From Amoebidium appalachense (Eukaryota; Protista; Ichthyosporea), in the NCBI GenBank assembly GCA_963693365.1, contig CAVNZM010000072.1, positions 1 through 14,526 on the forward strand: a stretch of DNA of 14,526 nt, read 5' to 3'. A program made the translations under genes and the position numbers. Below the pieces are notes generated by a model. That model was not told where the DNA came from. It worked only from the letters and a program-made list of their open reading frames with translations, and made no database searches. How positions within the stretch are numbered: position 1 is the first letter of the stretch; every line of letters starts with the position of its first letter. Positions 9,830 through 14,526 of the stretch are shown in pieces.

Positions 9830-10800
9830 TGTTTACTTGTGTGCTCGATGCCACTATCCAACCGAAGTTAATAAAGTGACCATACGGAACACGTATGGAT
9901 GTCAACATGTGCAATACATTGGCAATTCATTGATAATGATCATGGGGCTGTGCTTACCGTACCGTGTGCATATTGCCAATATATTGAGCATGTGATTGAG
10001 GTATCAATAAAGCTATTATTAATACATTGGCAATGTTCGTCATATGTATTATTCTTAGATATAAGACGTTACTCCGATATGCCTTTCATATTATAAGCGC
10101 ACTTATACTGTACTTTGCATGCATTCGTTCCCATTATCAATTTATTGGCAATGTATTTGGATAATATAGTGTGATATTTATAATATATATGTAATGCATT
10201 ATCAACACTTATATCTTTATGGTGGTGGTATCATTCGTATGTTGGCAATATATGCTTGATATGGAACATACTTACATATTTCTTATTTGTAATGTGTTGG
10301 GAGTGTATTAATCATACCTCTGTTTATGTCATCAATATACTCACGATATATAAGCAACCTATCGGCGATACCGCATTTATATATTGATTATAGTTGGATC
10401 ATATGTTGGCAATACATTGTTTATATGTTTCTTGATATTTAAATCTTTGTATTTCTATGAATTACATATTGGCAATACATTAATAATGCGTTCGTAGTGC
10501 AACTACAATGCGAAAATACAGTATTATCCATATCATTATCTGTATTTTTGATATTATTTGGTTGTTATTGTAATATCGCCCGGGTATAATTGATATTGGC
10601 AATACGTCTATAATGCTAGCGCAATAGTAATGCAATGGCAATGTAATGGCACTCTAATGTATTGGCGATATTGATGTAACATATACTGGATAATATATTC
10701 ATATCAGCGGGATATCGACAATAGAGGGTATTGGTACTGTATTACCATTGACAATACCAAAGCAATATTATTGCAATATGGCGTTCCTATTGGCGGCAAG
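9830..10800. repeat. AT-rich region with dispersed ATTG(G/C)CAAT motifs (right arm, opposite polarity to the left arm)
   Basis: Exact ATTGGCAAT at 9918, 10026, 10144, 10468, 10595 and ATTGCCAAT at 9972. Variants GTTGGCAAT at 10241 and 10405, ATTGACAAT at 10747. Confidence 0.7.
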
Positions 10801-11477
10801 GCTCTGTCTCCTCGGTAGATAGGGGAGCATTCGAAACATGCCCATCGACGGTCAGACTCCTCCAATGACAGCGGAGCCTCTTCGTTGGACAAAACAACAT
10901 AACGTTCACATGCACCAACACTGATTGCGTCACATCCTTTCTTTTCAAGTAACTGGACAGATTCCGTGATTCTCGCTTTCATTTGATGATTTATGTCGAT
11001 GTTCCCATACCAGAAAACCTCGTCGCACACTATCAATATCCTGTTTGCAAGATGAGAGTTGAAGTTTGACGCCATGTGCTTTTTGTTTGTGATGCAGACA
11101 TAGTAGTCCCTCCCCAGTATATCCCCAAGGACATTAAAAAATATGTTCTTTCCAACACCTTGAATGGAACGGAAAGCAAGTGCTGTGCCCGGCTTTGTGT
11201 CTGGGTATTGAAACATTTGGGCGAGCCATTGCCGTGTGTACTTGTATGAGACGGCGTCACCTGCACACAACACATCACGGAGGTGATCGAAAAACAACTG
11301 TGTCAGTGACGTGCGCAGCTGTCGTTCAGGAGAAAACACCACCCTCAACCCACGGAACAAATTGAATGGTCTTGCGTTTGTTAATAGAACGTTCGATGGT
11401 TTACGGACTCCATTCCTTGGGTCAGGATCTGCTGGATCAAAAACAAATCTCTCGTATACCAATATATAAACACTCTC
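10704..11477 (-). pseudogene. SF3 helicase domain of a D5-like/NrS-1-like (DUF5906-type) primase-helicase; 3' part of an interrupted viral/Polinton-like gene
   Basis: FNLFRG and HLRDVLCAGD..YTRQWLAQMFQYPDTKPGTALAFRS precede Walker A GVGKN (11145-11159). Then come FNSHL, Walker B IVCDE (11019-11033), motif C VVLSN and the arginine finger DRR (10845-10853). The last ~31 codons look like read-through into AT-rich repeat DNA. Confidence 0.88.
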
Positions 11478-11482
11478 CAGAA

Positions 11483-12089
11483 TGTCATGTGCTGAGCTGA
11501 TTCGTATTAGTTTACTTCTATATTTTGTGTTTTGGTGAGTGAATTTCGGGGGTTTTCTTGCATAGTGATGCCGGGGTCTAAGTGGGGTATGAGGAGATTA
11601 ATCAGTGGTATGGGGAGAACCTGATGCGGCGGCGGCTGATTGTTAAAGGTGCGCGCGTGCATGCACCATGCCTCTGCGTACTCTCCATGTTAAATGTTGT
11701 ATTGCTTCTTGCTGTGTGCTTGGCGAGACCCATGTTGCCTGCTCGCGTGTGTGTATGCTTATATGTATTGTGAGTAAACGTGTGTACGTGTTGTAGTGCT
11801 GTAGGGGTGTCTGAGGTGGCGGTAGCCAATGGTGTGGAGTGCGTGTAGTCTGTGGGGGAGGGAGTGTTGTGATTGGCTGAATGTCACTGTGGTATTTGTC
11901 TGGCCAGTGGGCCGCGTGTCTGTGAAGTGTCTCGCGGGGTCGCGGGCTTTTGGAAGTTCTTCTGAGAACACGAAAATCTCGCTTCCCACCCAACTCAAAG
12001 AAAAGTTTATACGTATACACGGTTTCGAGCCCCTTTAAGCGTGCAGATAGTTAGAGTAGTTCATATACACTCTGGTTGTTGCCACGACA
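11483..12089 (+). repeat. 5' LTR (607 bp)
   Basis: TG...CA termini with an imperfect inverted repeat TGTCATG/CACGACA. It matches 13576-14182 apart from one mismatch I could find (G12075 vs T14168). Contains CCAAT boxes at about 11826 and 11871. Confidence 0.96.
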
Positions 12090-12101
12090 AGCTACACCCC
12101 C
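12090..12101 (+). promoter_or_regulatory. Putative atypical primer-binding site AGCTACACCCCC
   Basis: Directly abuts the 5' LTR. Its reverse complement GGGGGTGTAGCT equals the first 12 nt of known tRNA-Ala isodecoders (GGGGGTGTAGCTCAG...). No canonical TGG PBS is present. Confidence 0.55.
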
Positions 12102-12203
12102 TTTCTCTGCAGTTTTTTGCAGGGAGGGGGCACACGCACTGTTAGTCCTTCTGGGCTGTTGCTTTCACCCCTAGTTTTTTTTTTTCTTTCACGCCTAGCG
12201 GTT

Positions 12204-12616
12204 ATGAGTGGCTTTGACTTAGGACTTTTTCGACAGTTAGAGGTAGAAGAAACATACGCACACACAGGCCTACAGCTAGCAACAGTTGGCATAGGCAACT
12301 TGAGCAGTAGGACTAGTATCACAGGGGACTTAGTCCTCGCTAAGGACCTTGACCTCCCTAGGTGACTTAGCAAGCTCAGGGCCGTTTGCCCAGCAGAGGC
12401 CTCAGAGGGGACCGGCGGCAGTCACCCTCCCCACGGCGCTACCAGCCCTACCAGCCACGGCCACAACGGGATAACAGATGGGCCAGGCTGGCGTCTTTGG
12501 GGCGGGACAGCAAGAGCCGGCGCCAGGCTCTTTCCCAGGCACCTGTGACAACTGCAAGGAGCGGGGGCAACGCGTGGTGTAAACAGCCCCGTCGTGGGGG
12601 GCAGGGACGTCGGTGA
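12204..12616 (+). pseudogene. Degenerate, internally deleted gag remnant
   Basis: ATG at 12204 reads MSGFDLGLFRQLEVEETYAH. An Arg/Ser/Pro-rich stretch RRQSPSPRRYQPYQPR follows in another frame, then a broken CCHC knuckle C-D-N-C-K-E-R-G-[frameshift]-A-W-C at 12544-12580. Confidence 0.6.
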
Positions 12617-12914
12617 CCGTGTTGCTGGTATGAAGGTTTTATTAGGGGGTAGGCCATCTCTTGGGTTGTTGTTGTTGTAATACTATGGGAGTAACTGTTG
12701 TGTGGTGTTATTTTTCGGCGAGTTTTCTACTGGTGCCTGGCGTTTTCGACGTGTGTATGAGTCCTGTGTTGGCGACGTGTGTGGTTAGGGTCAGTGGAAT
12801 AGAAAGTCCTGCTGCTGTCTGGGAGCTCGGCCCTCTGACGAGGGGGCTGGGGGGGGGTCGAAGTGTAGTCATGGCAGTGGCAGGCCCCCACTGTTGTGAA
12901 CCCCCGTCGTCAAA

Positions 12915-12986
12915 GGGCCTGGTGCTGAGGCCCCTTGGAGTGGCTGCCCTGGGCCTGGTGTTGAGGCCCTTTGGAGTGGCTGCCCG
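12915..12986 (+). repeat. 36-bp tandem duplication inside the LTR element
   Basis: GGGCCTGGTG(C/T)TGAGGCCC(C/T)TTGGAGTGGCTGCCC at 12915 and 12951. Confidence 0.9.
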
Positions 12987-13564
12987 TAGTGTTGTTGAGT
13001 AGTGTTGTGGTGCCCAGTGCAGCAGTAGGCCTTAGACACACCGCTGGGTAGGGCACGGTTGGGGCGGAGGCATTCCCAAACCACCGGGACCTACGTAGTA
13101 GGAGTCTTTGTCGGGTAGAGGAATGGCCAGCAAGAGAGTCTGGAGGTGTACGTCACATGAGTCTGGAGGTGTTCGTCAGTGGCATGTTAGGTTTTGCTAG
13201 GAATTCTTTGTGGATGGGGCATGCTGAGTGTGGTTGTATGGATGGTGTCTGTTATCATGTCTGTTGCTATGTTCCACTCGATATAACATTGTGCCAGGGG
13301 CATGGGGTTTTGGGTGCAGATTGTGGACGGGGGCAGAGGTGCATCTACAGGGCAACGTCAGTGGCGGTTCATAATTATCCTTGTTTTGGGGTTGGGTTGG
13401 GTATTAACCATGGTGGGGTGGTGTGTGGATGTATGTATATGTTTTATGTTATATGTTAAATGTTGCTTCCTGCATGGGTAGCGGTAGTTGTAGTCGCTCA
13501 GCACATAACTTTATTTTGTTTTTAGGTAGTTTTTACTGAGGTGGAACTCAGTTATTTTCTGTGC

Positions 13565-13574
13565 GAGGGGGGAG
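13565..13574 (+). promoter_or_regulatory. Polypurine tract (PPT) of the LTR element
   Basis: GAGGGGGGAG lies one base upstream of the 3' LTR TGTCA, preceded by the hairpin ACTGAG-GTGGAA-CTCAGT (13535-13552). Confidence 0.85.
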
Positions 13575-13575
13575 T

Positions 13576-14182
13576 TGTCATGTGCTGAGCTGATTCGTAT
13601 TAGTTTACTTCTATATTTTGTGTTTTGGTGAGTGAATTTCGGGGGTTTTCTTGCATAGTGATGCCGGGGTCTAAGTGGGGTATGAGGAGATTAATCAGTG
13701 GTATGGGGAGAACCTGATGCGGCGGCGGCTGATTGTTAAAGGTGCGCGCGTGCATGCACCATGCCTCTGCGTACTCTCCATGTTAAATGTTGTATTGCTT
13801 CTTGCTGTGTGCTTGGCGAGACCCATGTTGCCTGCTCGCGTGTGTGTATGCTTATATGTATTGTGAGTAAACGTGTGTACGTGTTGTAGTGCTGTAGGGG
13901 TGTCTGAGGTGGCGGTAGCCAATGGTGTGGAGTGCGTGTAGTCTGTGGGGGAGGGAGTGTTGTGATTGGCTGAATGTCACTGTGGTATTTGTCTGGCCAG
14001 TGGGCCGCGTGTCTGTGAAGTGTCTCGCGGGGTCGCGGGCTTTTGGAAGTTCTTCTGAGAACACGAAAATCTCGCTTCCCACCCAACTCAAAGAAAAGTT
14101 TATACGTATACACGGTTTCGAGCCCCTTTAAGCGTGCAGATAGTTAGAGTAGTTCATATACACTCTGTTTGTTGCCACGACA
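13576..14182 (+). repeat. 3' LTR (607 bp)
   Basis: Copy of 11483-12089 offset by 2093 bp; the ORF track shows identical translations. Confidence 0.96.
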
Positions 14183-14526
14183 CAGAAACATACTTCCTTT
14201 GTATATTTTGATCTCTGTGCCGTTCTTTACTTTATGCCTTTTATTTGCCTTTGCCCCGGTGCATTCACTTGGTACCTCGATCTGAAATAGAAATTTTGAT
14301 AGATACTCGCGTGTATTCTTGGGTGAGAATATTTCCAGTGTGTGTCTGTTGTTCTCGTGGTCAAAGCATTTCATCACAAACACAGAACTTGCCTTTACAA
14401 ATGCAATATTGGCCTGAAGAAATCGTATGCATTCAGTGAAAGTAAAGACTCGGGTTGCACAGGTAGTTGGCTTGAAACATAGTGCATATTCGGGTTCCGG
14501 GCCACAATTTTCAAACCGTTGGAAGA
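14183..14526 (-). pseudogene. Upstream part of the interrupted primase-helicase gene (runs off the window edge)
   Basis: The frame is open without a stop from 14524 to 14183 (FQRFENCGPEPEYALCFKPTTCATRVFTFTECIRFLQANIAFVKASSVFVMKCFD...KGSMFL). It joins in frame to 11477 once the LTR element and one TSD copy are removed. Confidence 0.8.

Larger units (their letters stand above)
11483..14182 (+). mobile_element. Non-autonomous LTR retrotransposon (2700 bp; probably a Ty3/Gypsy-type derivative) with 5-bp TSD CAGAA
   Basis: 607-bp direct repeats with TGTCATG...CACGACA ends. CAGAA flanks both sides (11478-11482 and 14183-14187). A PPT precedes the right LTR. The 1486-bp interior has no long ORF but carries gag-like remnants. 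Superfamily assignment is inference. Confidence 0.95.

Noticed and set aside
12090-12110. Minus-strand PPT (AGAGAAAGGGGG), implying the LTR element is on the minus strand
   Set aside because: It is separated from the LTR by TGTAGCT. The + strand has a canonical PPT adjacent to the right LTR, and the gag remnants are on +.
11582-14131. Duplicated short ORFs in the two direct repeats as genes
   Set aside because: They lie wholly within the LTRs, overlap in several frames and show no recognisable motifs.

Overview
Repeat-dense eukaryotic DNA, probably from an invertebrate animal; this is inferred only from the long C/G homopolymers and CA/GT microsatellites. No intact host gene is recognisable. 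The right third is a nest of mobile elements. A minus-strand, virus/Polinton-like SF3 (D5/NrS-1/DUF5906-type) helicase gene enters from the right edge. It is split in frame by a young 2.7-kb non-autonomous LTR retroelement (11483-14182, 607-bp near-identical TG..CA LTRs, 5-bp TSD CAGAA, PPT, decayed gag zinc knuckle) and appears truncated near 10800. The primer-binding position of this element lacks the usual TGG; it is instead an exact 12-nt complement of the 5' end of tRNA-Ala-type tRNAs (GGGGGUGUAGCU). The left 10.8 kb has a roughly mirrored layout. AT-rich arms packed with oppositely polarised ATTG(C/G)CAAT motifs flank CCAAT-box promoter-like patches, C/CA-rich versus G/GT-rich simple repeats, a central ~183-bp satellite with trimeric higher-order structure, and a 160-bp hairpin-rich tandem repeat. 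This block may be one large DNA-transposon-like insertion. Most ORFs in the track are microsatellite artefacts.
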